Source of the DNA: an uncultured Gammaproteobacteria bacterium | Lineage (GTDB): Bacteria > Patescibacteriota > Microgenomatia > Levybacterales > GWA1-39-11 | Assembly (NCBI GenBank): GCA_964409875.1 | Contig: CAYPEN010000004.1 | Span: 11,596 to 75,595 of the forward strand | Reading direction: 5' to 3' | DNA: 64,000 nucleotides | Shown here: positions 28,291 to 38,802 of the stretch, piece after piece | Numbering within the stretch: the first letter of the stretch is position 1 | Layout of the letters: every line of letters begins with the position of its first letter | Notes under the pieces: model-generated | What the model saw: the letters and a program-made list of their open reading frames with translations, nothing else | Database searches by the model: none | What the model was told of the DNA's origin: nothing | Made by a program: the position numbers and the translations under genes

Positions 28291-30486
28291 TTATTCGAGC
28301 TTTCCAAGTTCTTCCGCTTTTCCATCAGTCTTGAAGTATTTTACGATATACGGTTTTTCAGGAAGTTTGGTGTAAGCTGCTTTATATGTTTTATTCTCTT
28401 TAGCTGGAATAATATCTGGAATATCACTTGTTTCTATTCCTGTTCCATGTTTATCCGAATGTAATTGAAAACTAAGACTCCTAATTGGCATGCTTTTTTC
28501 CGACGAATTTTTGATTAAAATTTCCACCATAACCGTACTACTTGTTTCAGTCATTTTTGTTACCTGAGCGGTAACATTTTCTACAATTTCCTTAGCTCCA
28601 TAAGAAGTAAAACCCGGAGTCTGGTTTATATTTGAAGCAGTTGCCGTTGGCGTGATAGTAGTTAACGGCACATCAGTTGGGACAATTGCGTCCTTATCTA
28701 TAATTTCTTCACCGGTTTGTGTATCAAGAACAATTACCCAATATTCCTTGCCTCTTTTAGCATTGAACTTAACATACTTACTATCCTTGGAGAAGGTGAA
28801 AGAATTGAGTATCTCTGTTTCAAAAGTGCTTGGTTGAAGATAGTAATATGTGGTAGCTCTTGAGGGAGAAAATATGTAAGTTGCTTCCTTTAAGCCGCCA
28901 TAGGGAAAATTTATTTCCGCTCTGTTAGTGTAATCAAGAACTGCATTGACTGTCGTACTATCTGTATCAATACTGCCTCCATTGATTAATTCCCAGTAAA
29001 TAACATGTTTGCTATCAGGACTAAAGGCTGGTGCGCGATAAGGTGAAGCTCCTGAATATTCTTTGTCGTCGATTACGGTAATTGTTTTATTGCCATACTC
29101 TTTATTCAGGAATGAGGTATATCCTAATCTTTTGGAATCAGGGCTAAAAGAAACACCGTATATATGTCCATTTTTTGTGCCGTAGCTTTTAAGGTGTGGG
29201 CCCCATTCACCTTCGAATAATATGCCGCTTGTTGCATAGACAAACCGTTTGCTATCAGGGCTAAAGTAAATTCCATCCATTTCTGACAGTAATGAGTAAA
29301 GCTTTATGAGACTTTTACCGTCAAGATAAACCTCCATTTGATTAGTTCCCTCCGATGCAAAAGCAAATCGCTTGCTATCAGGGCTAAATAGGAGATAACT
29401 AATATGCCGAAATCCATTAGCTATCTCTTTTCCATCAACGACAAGTACAATTTCCCCACTGTCATATACATTGTTTACAAAACCGCCATTGGACTTTCTT
29501 CCAACATAAGCGAGTCTGTTTCCGTCTGGGCTCCAAGTATACGCACCTGCTCTTGAGATAGAATAGACAGAATCGCCGATTTCCAGATATTCAGATTGTT
29601 TTACTCCGTTAAGCACTATAAATTTTTTATTAACACCTGCAGAACCGACGTATGCATAATTGCTCCCGCTTGGTGCGAAAGACAAAGAGCCACCTTGGTA
29701 TGGTTGTTCTTTTCCTTCAATAAAAACCTTACTTGTCTTATTGACCGAGTCACTGAGAATGTATCCGTTTTTTGAAGCATCAATGCTGAAAGAAATGTCA
29801 GAAATTCTTAGGCTTCCTGTGGGGTCGGGGTACTTTGCGATTATGGAGTTGTTCACGTAGTATATGAGGTATCCATTTTGATGATTCCAGGTTGCAAGCT
29901 TTTGGCCATTTTTACTTATTGTTAACCCACCCAGTTGCGGGAGAATTTGAATTTCTTTTCCATCATTAAAGATATGAGCGAGTCTGTCATTAGACATACC
30001 AATCATCAAGAGTTTCCCGGTTACATAGTTGTATGCTGCTAATGCAATTTTTAAGTTGTTACAAACTGTACAGTCCGGTATTACATATCCATCATGGCCT
30101 TCCGGAGTTTCAAAAATGACATGCTCCTTGTCAGGGCTAAATATGGGTATAAGTGAGTTATCATCAGGGACATCGGTAATTTTATGTGAAAATGGAGTAG
30201 GTGTTGGGAGTGGAATATTTGTGGTGTTAGTAGTTGTAGCGGCAGTATTTTTAAAAGTCTCATGTGGTAAAAATGCGAGGGCACTGACATTTTTTGAGAT
30301 GGGTAGGATATTAAAATAGTTCAAGAAAAGAAGAGTTGATACTATAAGCAATATAGTAATTCCTTCAATAGAAAACGCTTTAAAAAGTGATCCGGAGTTG
30401 GAGGGACCTTGATCAGGAAGTTTGAAAGATGTTACGGGGGGCAAGGGATTGTTATTTTCCACACTTTCAGTGTAGTAAAACAGCAA
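28291..30486 (-). CDS. membrane-anchored PD40/WD40-like beta-propeller repeat protein
   Basis: At least 6 repeats of the FSPDSKR(F/L) motif (TolB-like PD40). N-terminal TM. C-terminal domain followed by a Thr/Pro linker. Confidence 0.75.
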   Translation of the reverse strand: MLFYYTESVENNNPLPPVTSFKLPDQGPSNSGSLFKAFSIEGITILLIVSTLLFLNYFNILPISKNVSALAFLPHETFKNTAATTTNTTNIPLPTPTPFSHKITDVPDDNSLIPIFSPDKEHVIFETPEGHDGYVIPDCTVCNNLKIALAAYNYVTGKLLMIGMSNDRLAHIFNDGKEIQILPQLGGLTISKNGQKLATWNHQNGYLIYYVNNSIIAKYPDPTGSLRISDISFSIDASKNGYILSDSVNKTSKVFIEGKEQPYQGGSLSFAPSGSNYAYVGSAGVNKKFIVLNGVKQSEYLEIGDSVYSISRAGAYTWSPDGNRLAYVGRKSNGGFVNNVYDSGEIVLVVDGKEIANGFRHISYLLFSPDSKRFAFASEGTNQMEVYLDGKSLIKLYSLLSEMDGIYFSPDSKRFVYATSGILFEGEWGPHLKSYGTKNGHIYGVSFSPDSKRLGYTSFLNKEYGNKTITVIDDKEYSGASPYRAPAFSPDSKHVIYWELINGGSIDTDSTTVNAVLDYTNRAEINFPYGGLKEATYIFSPSRATTYYYLQPSTFETEILNSFTFSKDSKYVKFNAKRGKEYWVIVLDTQTGEEIIDKDAIVPTDVPLTTITPTATASNINQTPGFTSYGAKEIVENVTAQVTKMTETSSTVMVEILIKNSSEKSMPIRSLSFQLHSDKHGTGIETSDIPDIIPAKENKTYKAAYTKLPEKPYIVKYFKTDGKAEELGKLE

Positions 30487-30687
30487 TTATGATGCAAATA
30501 ATCCTCCGCAATACACAGAGAGGTTATAGTGTGAGTTTATGGAACGTTCCATGCTCCCATATGTATATACTGCGGGGGAGCCGCATCTTATCCATTAATA
30601 CCTTTTCCTTCCAAATTTCATGACTGAGAATTTGTTTTGTTTTTTTATAAATTGTGGCTCTTGTTTTTGTTAGCAACTCAAAATTTA

Positions 30688-31143
30688 TCACATCGCATTC
30701 ACCCTCTTTCGAGCATCAGTTAGTTCTAATGTTTCAATTTCCCTAATGGCTTTTTTTGAGATGGTATTGAGTGGAACTTTTAATTCCGTTACAAAATTTC
30801 CTAAAACTTTTTTTGAAAGAGGATACGGGATGTATTTCTTTATGATTGCAAACAAATTTTTATGGCCCCCGATAAGTATTCCGTCGACTGGATTTTCCTT
30901 AACGTATTTTTTTACAATAGCTGAAAGAGAATTGAGATGTTGGTGAAGATGTTCTTGTATATGCCGGTTGATTTTATCTTGTGCATCCCAGGCGTTACTC
31001 CCATGTTTTACTCTTTGAGGAACATCATTTTTCGAGAAGTCTAAAAGAGAGGAGACAGTCCCTTTAAAAAGAGTGAACAATTTTGCTTGTTTTCTATCTG
31101 CAATAAGCACTAAATATGTTTTGCTTGAATTGTAATTTTTCAT
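30688..31143 (-). CDS. Host_attach / bacterial eRF1-like (baeRF) family protein, tentative
   Basis: 151 aa beginning YLVLIADRKQAKLF, typical of Host_attach/eRF1-domain-3-like proteins. Recalled from memory; low certainty. Confidence 0.4.
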   Translation of the reverse strand: MKNYNSSKTYLVLIADRKQAKLFTLFKGTVSSLLDFSKNDVPQRVKHGSNAWDAQDKINRHIQEHLHQHLNSLSAIVKKYVKENPVDGILIGGHKNLFAIIKKYIPYPLSKKVLGNFVTELKVPLNTISKKAIREIETLELTDARKRVNAM

Positions 31144-31191
31144 AAATTCACATGCCGGTTAATCTCCCTATCTCCGGCATGTTAGCAATTC

Positions 31192-31509
31192 TCAGCTTTT
31201 CCCATAGTAGAGTTCGCTTCCGGCAACAACGGTTAGAAGTATGCCAATAGTTATACTTGTCCAAAGTGCTGCGGTTATAATCCCAAAACTAAAGATGAAT
31301 GGAGAAAGGATTATTGCAACCCCTACTAAGGATGCTACCCAGTATTCCCATCGTCCGCGTCCACGTGCATATCCTTCCAGAAAAGAAACTGCTACAACCC
31401 CTGCACCAAAGAGCAAGCTTGCCCAGAGCGCAGTCGGATTATCTGAGTATCTGAAAAAAAACGGTGCACCCATGAGTGCGGCTCCTAACAGTCCAGTGAC
31501 CCAGTACAT
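31192..31509 (-). CDS. SPW-repeat membrane protein
   Basis: Two TM hairpins with repeated ...SPF/...SPW-like motifs (GAPFFFRYS, LSPFIFSFG). Confidence 0.5.
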   Translation of the reverse strand: MYWVTGLLGAALMGAPFFFRYSDNPTALWASLLFGAGVVAVSFLEGYARGRGRWEYWVASLVGVAIILSPFIFSFGIITAALWTSITIGILLTVVAGSELYYGKS

Positions 31510-31511
31510 AA

Positions 31512-31895
31512 TTATCCACCTCCTTTCTCTTTTGCTTCTGCCTTTTCTGCGTCTTCTTTAGTTGGTTGGAGAGTCTCTGGGGGATGGTTAGGTGGGGAAT
31601 AAACAGTATAAAGCTTTAGATTAATTGTTCCTGTGTTGACAAAATTATGTGGGGTGCCAGCTGGTACAAAAGAAACATCTCCTGCCTCAAAGTCATGCGT
31701 TTGCCCGTTTAGTATTGCCTGGCCTTTCCCTTCTACAAAAAAAAGGATCTGGTCGACTGCTTCGTGAGTTTCCAGACCAATATCCTCGTTGATTGGTATA
31801 CTCATGAGGACCAATTGACTATGTTTCCCTGTATAAATCACCTCACGAAAATGATTGTTTCCTTTTGTTAGTTTATGTATATCCTTTAAAAACAT
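31512..31895 (-). CDS. cupin domain protein
   Basis: G(X)5HxH...E...G...P.G..H.N pattern: HEAVDQILFFVEG...VPAGTPHNF. Confidence 0.7.
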   Translation of the reverse strand: MFLKDIHKLTKGNNHFREVIYTGKHSQLVLMSIPINEDIGLETHEAVDQILFFVEGKGQAILNGQTHDFEAGDVSFVPAGTPHNFVNTGTINLKLYTVYSPPNHPPETLQPTKEDAEKAEAKEKGGG

Positions 31896-32093
31896 ACGAC
31901 TCCTTTATATTGGTGCAAAAAAATAGAAAGTAAAAAAATTTGTAATAAGCTTTTCGATGAGGTTAGTAATTCTTTTCATAAATCTAGTGTTATTATTGCG
32001 TTTTATACACTAAATGTCAGTGATAATTCTCACATTTTTGTTGTGACTTTTATCACATCTGATTACAAGTAAATTAGATAATATAAGTTCAGT

Positions 32094-32468
32094 ATGATAC
32101 GTTTGTTAGAAAGTGGTAAATATTCAGTTTTTGAAACCGGTGGCCATACAAGAATTTTAGAGATTGTTGATAAATATAACTTTGCGTGGATACATACCAA
32201 TGTAGGTGAAATACTTGTTGCTTCTCAACAGGAATTTAAGCCCAAAGAATTGGTTGCTGAGGGTAATTACCGTTTGTATGATGTCAAAAATGAGCCGGAA
32301 TTGACTGATCTAATTCACCTTGAGTTGTTTGTGGGTGAAGGGAAGTGGCAAGGATATTTATTACCTACAGGATTTCCTGAAGCTAAGAAAAAAAGAAGCA
32401 GAATTATTCCCACCAATGAGATTATTACAACCTACAATCCGAATATCAGCTCGTCTTCAAGCTTGTGA
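32094..32468 (+). CDS. hypothetical protein
   Basis: 124 aa ORF. No recognised domain. Ser-rich C-terminus. Confidence 0.4.
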   Translation: MIRLLESGKYSVFETGGHTRILEIVDKYNFAWIHTNVGEILVASQQEFKPKELVAEGNYRLYDVKNEPELTDLIHLELFVGEGKWQGYLLPTGFPEAKKKRSRIIPTNEIITTYNPNISSSSSL

Positions 32469-33112
32469 ATATCAGGGACAATGATTTCGTTTCGGGCAAA
32501 AGAGATAATGCCTTTCTCTTTCAGAAGTTTGAATTCTCTACTTACGGTTTCGCGGCTCATTCCCGCTTGGGATGCAATATCCTTTTCCGTAGAATTAAGA
32601 ATCACTTTGTCTCCTTCTTTTTTACCGAAGCGTTTGGCATCTATGAGTAATTCAGTAACAAGTCTGGTATAAGCGCTTCCCGACATAAAATATGTCATGC
32701 GTTGTAAAATCCCATCCATTCCTCTAAAAACACGGCTTAACAAATCAAAAAGTACGTCTGGTTGGCTTTTTATAAATTGGAGAACCTTCTCGCGGGTCGC
32801 TTTGACTGCTTCTATGTCTTCCATTGCCTCAAAAAAATACTCATTCTTTGTTCCATTAATTGCCCATGACATGGGAAAAAAAGAGATGGGTTTGAAAATA
32901 TTTACAACAAATTCATCACCGTTCTGAGAAATAGAGTATTCTTTAACTTTCCCCTTTGTTAAATAGAATATTCCTGAAGGGTCATCGCCTGCTCTTATCA
33001 ATATTTCACCTTTTTTGTACTTATAAGATTTAAATTGGGAAAAAAAAGTGGCAAGTTTTGAAGAAACAGCATCATTCATGAGGCAATTATACCTTTTTAA
33101 AATTAGTGACAC
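32432..33112 (-). CDS. Crp/Fnr family transcriptional regulator
   Basis: cNMP-binding beta-roll region and C-terminal HTH (RETVSREFKLLKEKGII). Confidence 0.8.
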   Translation of the reverse strand: MSLILKRYNCLMNDAVSSKLATFFSQFKSYKYKKGEILIRAGDDPSGIFYLTKGKVKEYSISQNGDEFVVNIFKPISFFPMSWAINGTKNEYFFEAMEDIEAVKATREKVLQFIKSQPDVLFDLLSRVFRGMDGILQRMTYFMSGSAYTRLVTELLIDAKRFGKKEGDKVILNSTEKDIASQAGMSRETVSREFKLLKEKGIISFARNEIIVPDIHKLEDELIFGL

Positions 33113-33153
33113 AAATCATATGTATTCAATGTCTTCTATCGTTAAAATGAAGT

Positions 33154-33492
33154 ATGAATTATATGGTACTCACAAAAAAAGTCGGGTTTTCATTACTTTT
33201 AATACCGGTTGCTTTTCTCCTTTTTTTTGGTATAGGTGAGATGATCGAGGGAACACCAGGTGCAGTAATTCACTTTGTGCAACTTGTGCCTCTTCTCATT
33301 TTGATATTAGTCGCTTATTTTAATTCTGAGTGGGCTGGATACCTTCTAATAGTTATTGGCTCAATATTGGGGATATTATATGCCATAACGACACGTTTCC
33401 CGTTGCCAACAATTTTGCTTGTCGAGTTGATGCTCTTTGTGATGCCAGTTGTGTCAGGAGTATTGCTTGTTACCTCTTCGAAAAAACGATAA
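33154..33492 (+). CDS. small membrane protein
   Basis: Four hydrophobic helices; no known domain. Confidence 0.45.
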   Translation: MNYMVLTKKVGFSLLLIPVAFLLFFGIGEMIEGTPGAVIHFVQLVPLLILILVAYFNSEWAGYLLIVIGSILGILYAITTRFPLPTILLVELMLFVMPVVSGVLLVTSSKKR

Positions 33493-33526
33493 TACCTCTA
33501 CTATTTTGTGGTAGTATTAAGTCAGG

Positions 33527-34054
33527 ATGGAAGATGCAACCGTTATAGAGCAAGCATCGGTTAAAGAATCGATGCAGATGACTGAAACAAAAGACGTTTT
33601 GATGAAGGCGTTGCAAGAACCGGACCCAGTTTATGAAATTATCGAAAACAAACCTCTAAAAGAAAACTGGATTACTGCTGCGGTTACCAGATTAGGTCAA
33701 GCAGTTGAAGGTAATTCAACTACCGTTATTTCCTTTACCGATGCCAATCTTGCTCTCCAAAACGAGCGGGGTTTTGCCAGTGCATATTTGAAGCATTTGG
33801 GTTCAAACATCGATGTCATGACTCTAAAGGACATAGTGGGAGGTCAAAGAAAGCTTGCTGTAGTAAAAAGAGCAGAGTTGGATTTTCCAACAGAACCACG
33901 ACTTGCTTGGGTTGAGGATGAATTGGGAAGGCGGAATCTCATTTCAACAACTAAAATTGATGGAGTACAGGTGGAGCTTGATATGCATGCAATAGGCAAG
34001 GGGCCCGAAACCACAGGGGTTTTACATCCAATTCTCCGCTTGTCTACAAAATAG
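33527..34054 (+). CDS. hypothetical protein
   Basis: 175 aa; no recognised motifs. Confidence 0.45.
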   Translation: MEDATVIEQASVKESMQMTETKDVLMKALQEPDPVYEIIENKPLKENWITAAVTRLGQAVEGNSTTVISFTDANLALQNERGFASAYLKHLGSNIDVMTLKDIVGGQRKLAVVKRAELDFPTEPRLAWVEDELGRRNLISTTKIDGVQVELDMHAIGKGPETTGVLHPILRLSTK

Positions 34055-34277
34055 AGTCCACTACACACATTTTTTAGAAGTACCCGATTTGATAGACGGC
34101 CTATAATTTTGATATTTACCCTCAAAGATAGTATAATTTACCGTTTGTGTAAATGAGCTTGGTCCAAAAGCGGGCCTCTGCCCGTTTGTATCACGCACAT
34201 TCACAATTGAAAGGACATGAAATGTAAAGAGTAACCCACCAGGTACAAAGAAAAACTACAGGAAAGAGGAAAACAGC

Positions 34278-35297
34278 TTGGTCACAAGAATCGGCATCAA
34301 CGGCGCCGGCCGCATCGGCCGGATGGTCACAAAGACGGTCACTGACCGTTACCAGGGTCAACTTCAGGTCGTTGCTCTCAACGATCCGTTCTCCGAGCCT
34401 CGTGTCACGGCCAACATGCTCAGGTACGACAGTACCTACGGCCGTTGGAGTCACGAGGTCGAGGAGGGCAACGATCACATCAAGGTTGACGGCCGTTACA
34501 TCCCTCACTTCAGTGAGCGCGAGCCCGGTTCGATTCCTTGGGAGGCGGCACAGGTCGACATCGTCGTCGAATCGACGGGCGTCTTCACTGACGCCGCCCG
34601 TGCCCGCGCACACATGCGAGGGCCGGTCAAAAAGGTCATCATCAGTGCACCCGCCAAGAGCGAGGACTACACAGTGGTTCTCGGCGTCAACGACGATGGG
34701 TATGATTCCGCTCGTCACGATGTGGTGAGTAACGCATCCTGCACGACCAATGGGCTCGCCCCGGTCGTGAAGGTGCTCGTCGACAACCTCGGGCTCGTAA
34801 AGGGCCAGATGACGACAATCCATTCCTACACCAATTCCCAGCAGATCCTCGACAAGGCTGTAGGGAATGACCTTCGCGAGATGCGCGCCGGTCCCCTCAA
34901 CATCGTGCCGACATCAACCGGCGCAGCCAGGGCCCTCCGGCTCGTCATCCCCGAAGTCGATGGAAAGCTTGACGGGCTTTCGTACCGCGTCCCGACGCCG
35001 ACGGTCTCAATCGTCGAGATCGTTGCGCTGACCGAAAGGGACACAACGAAAGACGAGCTCAACGGACTGTTTCGGGAGGCTTCCATAGGGAAGATGAAGG
35101 GTGTCTTGGGTATCACCATGGACCCCGTCGTCTCGATGGACATGAAGGGCGATGAGCGCTCAAGTGTCGTCGACGGGATGTCGACCAACGTTGTCGGGGG
35201 TAACCTCGTCAAGGTCGCAGCCTGGTACGACAACGAGTGGGCATACGCATGTCGCATCAGCGACCTCTGCAAATTCATCGCCGACAAGGGGCTCTAG
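34278..35297 (+). CDS. gap: glyceraldehyde-3-phosphate dehydrogenase, type I (GC-rich, likely horizontally acquired)
   Basis: RIGINGAGRIGR NAD-binding motif; catalytic SNASCTTN. TTG start with AAAGAGGA upstream. GC content and codon usage (GCC, GTC, GAC, CGC) differ sharply from the flanks. Confidence 0.92.
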   Translation: MVTRIGINGAGRIGRMVTKTVTDRYQGQLQVVALNDPFSEPRVTANMLRYDSTYGRWSHEVEEGNDHIKVDGRYIPHFSEREPGSIPWEAAQVDIVVESTGVFTDAARARAHMRGPVKKVIISAPAKSEDYTVVLGVNDDGYDSARHDVVSNASCTTNGLAPVVKVLVDNLGLVKGQMTTIHSYTNSQQILDKAVGNDLREMRAGPLNIVPTSTGAARALRLVIPEVDGKLDGLSYRVPTPTVSIVEIVALTERDTTKDELNGLFREASIGKMKGVLGITMDPVVSMDMKGDERSSVVDGMSTNVVGGNLVKVAAWYDNEWAYACRISDLCKFIADKGL

Positions 35298-35319
35298 CTG
35301 TCCAAGTCCTTTCAAGCCC

Positions 35320-35352
35320 GGAGCGGCGGGGGTTTTATTCCTCCGTCGCTCC
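35320..35352 (+). terminator. GC-rich hairpin downstream of gap (terminator candidate)
   Basis: GGAGCGGCGG ... CCGTCGCTCC (10 bp, one mismatch), followed by T-rich sequence. Confidence 0.3.
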
Positions 35353-35441
35353 TTATACTACTTTCTTTTTTTACCTCAATTTGGTATACTTTCAAAGACC
35401 CTTAAATCGGGTCGTTTTTTTGACTAAAAAAAGTACATATT

Positions 35442-37571
35442 ATGGCTGGAGCAGCCCCAACAACTACAGTTACAAAAGATAGAAACGTAGCGCTTGATAA
35501 AATCCGAAATTTCGGAATTATCGCGCATATCGATGCAGGCAAAACCACAACTTCCGAGCGTATTCTTTATTACACGGGAAGGACCTACAAAATTGGTGAA
35601 GTACACGAAGGTGCCGCAACGATGGACTGGATGGATCAGGAAAGAGAGCGGGGTATTACTATTGTTTCTGCTGCAACCACAACATTTTGGAATGGATACC
35701 GTTTTAACCTTATTGATACCCCCGGTCATGTTGATTTTACTGCAGAAGTAGAGCGTTCTCTCCGTGTTTTAGACGGCGCCGTTACCGTTTTAGACGCAGA
35801 GGAGGGAGTTCAAAGCCAATCCGAAACCGTTTGGCGTCAAGCCGACAAATACAATGTTCCCAGAATCTGCTTTATTAACAAAATGGATAAATTGGGGGCA
35901 GACTATGAAAAGACAATACAATCAGTTATTGATAGGTTGGGTGCGAATCCTGTAACAATCGGTCTTCCTATTGGAGCAGAAAATGATTTTAAGGGTATTT
36001 ATCATGTGCTTGACCAAAAGTCCTATATTTGGTCTGGAGAAGAGTTGGGCGCAAAATTTGAGGTAACGGAAGAGATTCCGGATGGCATGAATGAAATGGT
36101 CAAAAAATACCGCGAGCAACTCATCGAAAAGATTGCAGAGACTGATGATGCACTTTTGGAAAAATACCTGAATGGTGATGAGATTTCTTATGATGAATTA
36201 AAAGCTGCATTGAGAGCTGCAACTATTGCCTACAAGGTTGTTCCGGTATTCGCTGGGACGAGCCTGAGAAATAAAGGTGTCCAACCGTTATTGGATGCAG
36301 TGGTTGATTTCCTTCCATCTCCTGCCGACCTTAAAACGGTTACAGGAACCAATCCCAAGACCGGACAAGAGGAGACGAGAAATTTGACACCTGATGAATC
36401 CTTTACCGGTTTTGCTTTCAAGGTTCAAGTTGATCCTCATGTTGGAAAAATTACGTATGTACGCATCTACTCAGGAAAATTAACTTCAGGCTCATATGCT
36501 TATAACTCAACAAAGGATCTTAAGGAGCGTGTGGGAAGGCTTCTTCTTATGCATGCCAATCAAAGAGAGGAAATAAAAGAGGCATATGCAGGTGAAATCG
36601 TTGCAATTGTCGGATTCAAAGACACAATTACTGGTGATACTCTTTGTGAGGAGGGAAAGCCAATTGTTTTGCAACAGATTACTTTCAGAGACCCTGTTAT
36701 TTCACTTGCCATTGAGCCGAAAACCAAGTCTGACCAAGAGAAATTAGGCGCAGCGATGAAGCGTCTTATGGAAGAGGACCCGACATTTACGGTCAAGATG
36801 AACCACGAAACGGGTCAAACCATCATGTCAGGGGTGGGAGAATTGCAGCTTGAGATTATGGTAGAGCGTATGAAGCGGGAAATGGGAGTTGAGGCAAATG
36901 TTGGTGCACCACAGGTTGCATATAAAGAAACAATTGTTGGAAAAGCTAACGCCGAATTTAAGTACATCAAGCAGACTGGAGGCCGCGGACAATACGGTCA
37001 CGTTTTGATAACCGTTGAGCCGAAAGGAAGAGGTGAGGGATTTGAATTTGTGAATGCTATTAAGGGAGGAGCAATTCCACAAGAATTTATCCCAGCAGTT
37101 GAAAAAGGAATTGTTGAGGCTATGGAGCGAGGAGTTGCCTTTGGATACCCTGTTGTTGATGTAAAAGTGACATTGTACGACGGAACCTATCATGACGTCG
37201 ACTCTTCAGAAATTGCCTTTAAAATTGCCGGTTCACAAGCCTTCCAAAAGGGAGCTCGGGAAGCAAAAGTTACCCTTCTCGAGCCTATTATGAAGGTTGA
37301 GGTAACCACTCCTGAAGAATTTATGGGAGATGTTATCGGTGATCTTTCAGCAAAAAGGGCACAGATTTCAGGAAGCGAGGAAAGAGGCAATTCAAGAATT
37401 ATTTTGGCTCTTGTTCCCCTTGCTGAGCTTTCCGGATACGCTACAACACTTCGTTCTCTGACTCAGGGAAGAGCAAACCCATACATGGAGCCATCCCACT
37501 ACGAGGAAGTGCCTACCCAGATTCAAGAACAAATCAAAGCGAAATCCAACTTCGTTCCCAAAGAAGAGTAG
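35442..37571 (+). CDS. fusA: elongation factor G
   Basis: G domain [21 protein letters not shown], and all five EF-G domains. Confidence 0.95.
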   Translation: MAGAAPTTTVTKDRNVALDKIRNFGIIAHIDAGKTTTSERILYYTGRTYKIGEVHEGAATMDWMDQERERGITIVSAATTTFWNGYRFNLIDTPGHVDFTAEVERSLRVLDGAVTVLDAEEGVQSQSETVWRQADKYNVPRICFINKMDKLGADYEKTIQSVIDRLGANPVTIGLPIGAENDFKGIYHVLDQKSYIWSGEELGAKFEVTEEIPDGMNEMVKKYREQLIEKIAETDDALLEKYLNGDEISYDELKAALRAATIAYKVVPVFAGTSLRNKGVQPLLDAVVDFLPSPADLKTVTGTNPKTGQEETRNLTPDESFTGFAFKVQVDPHVGKITYVRIYSGKLTSGSYAYNSTKDLKERVGRLLLMHANQREEIKEAYAGEIVAIVGFKDTITGDTLCEEGKPIVLQQITFRDPVISLAIEPKTKSDQEKLGAAMKRLMEEDPTFTVKMNHETGQTIMSGVGELQLEIMVERMKREMGVEANVGAPQVAYKETIVGKANAEFKYIKQTGGRGQYGHVLITVEPKGRGEGFEFVNAIKGGAIPQEFIPAVEKGIVEAMERGVAFGYPVVDVKVTLYDGTYHDVDSSEIAFKIAGSQAFQKGAREAKVTLLEPIMKVEVTTPEEFMGDVIGDLSAKRAQISGSEERGNSRIILALVPLAELSGYATTLRSLTQGRANPYMEPSHYEEVPTQIQEQIKAKSNFVPKEE

Positions 37572-37614
37572 TTTGGCCCCAAGCCTAAAGCCTCTTTTCT
37601 GCTAAAATAAATTT

Positions 37615-38802
37615 ATGGCACGAAAAAAGATATCTGAATTTGCGGCCAAGAAACTCCTGTACGAATTTTTAGAAGTCCCCTACAATGGTGTTTCTATAGA
37701 CACAAATGATGAATATTATGAAGATCTCCTTTCACAAATGGATGATGGAAAAAAATATGTCCTTAAAGTAGACCAGGGAATAAAGCAGCGGAAGAAGAGA
37801 GGACTGGTTACGTTCAATATTTCAAAAGAGAATATTAAAGAAGAAATCGTGAGGCTTGCCGAGAAAGGCTTCTCAAGTTTTATATTGGAAGAATTTGTTG
37901 AGCATGAAGGATTTGGCGAAAATTATCTGGCAATTGAACGGGTGCGAGAAGGGAAGAGGGTGTACTATTCGACCGTAGGAGGAATAGACATTGAAGAGCA
38001 TAAGGACAAGATAGAGACGGCAATCATTAGCGATTACAGTCAGTTTGAAGATATTTCAAAGACTCTGGGGATAACTGTTGAAACTTTTGAAAGCTTATTG
38101 CAAGCATTTGATAATTACTATTTTTCATTTCTTGAAATAAATCCTTTAGTTTCCATGAACGGGAAATTCTACTTTCTTGATACTGCAGTTGAGGTAGATA
38201 GCACCGCAGAATTTTTTGTAAATGGAGCGTGGAGCAAAAGTGATTTTCGAGAAGGGGGAAGGGCGCAAAAAACACCAGAAGAGGTGGCAATAGAAGAGTT
38301 AAAAGAAACTACTCCTGCGGCATTAAGTTTTCAACTACTCAATCCTGATGGTTCTTTGTTTGTATTATTATCAGGCGGCGGGGCATCACTGGTGACTGCT
38401 GATGAGATTTATCAAAAAGGAAAAGGAAATGAATTAGCAAATTATGGTGAGTATAGCGGAAGTCCGTCCGAGGAAGAAACCTATTTATATGTGCAGCAAA
38501 TTTTACGTACGTTGCTCCGTTCGAAAGCTCCAAAAAAGGCAATAATTGTTTCGGGTGGCGTTGCTAATTTTACCGATGTCAGAATTACCTTTAAAGGAAT
38601 AATAAGAGCGATGGAAGAAGTAAGCGATGATTTAAAACAACAAAACACTAAAGTATTTGTTCGGCGTGGAGGTCCCCATCAGGATGAAGGACTTTCAATG
38701 ATGAGAGAATTTCTTGAAAAGCATGATCTACTGGGAGAAATTCACGGTCCGGAATTAGTGTTAACGGATATTGTACAACCGGCGATTGAATGGATTAGTT
38801 GA
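37615..38802 (+). CDS. aclB: ATP-citrate lyase small subunit (ATP-grasp, succinyl-CoA synthetase beta-like)
   Basis: Strong ACLY/AclB-specific motifs: KKISEFAAKKLLYEF, FLEINPLV, NELANYGEYSGSPSEEETY, TFKGIIRAM, VFVRRGGPHQDEGL. Confidence 0.85.
   Translation: MARKKISEFAAKKLLYEFLEVPYNGVSIDTNDEYYEDLLSQMDDGKKYVLKVDQGIKQRKKRGLVTFNISKENIKEEIVRLAEKGFSSFILEEFVEHEGFGENYLAIERVREGKRVYYSTVGGIDIEEHKDKIETAIISDYSQFEDISKTLGITVETFESLLQAFDNYYFSFLEINPLVSMNGKFYFLDTAVEVDSTAEFFVNGAWSKSDFREGGRAQKTPEEVAIEELKETTPAALSFQLLNPDGSLFVLLSGGGASLVTADEIYQKGKGNELANYGEYSGSPSEEETYLYVQQILRTLLRSKAPKKAIIVSGGVANFTDVRITFKGIIRAMEEVSDDLKQQNTKVFVRRGGPHQDEGLSMMREFLEKHDLLGEIHGPELVLTDIVQPAIEWIS

Noticed and set aside
34191-35287. Long minus-strand ORFs (34191..34823, 34826..35287) and the +2 ORF 34372..34728 inside the GAPDH gene
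   Set aside because: Antisense or alternate-frame ORFs of the kind expected in GC-rich DNA. They have Arg/Ala/Ser-rich composition and no motifs. GAPDH in the + frame is unambiguous.
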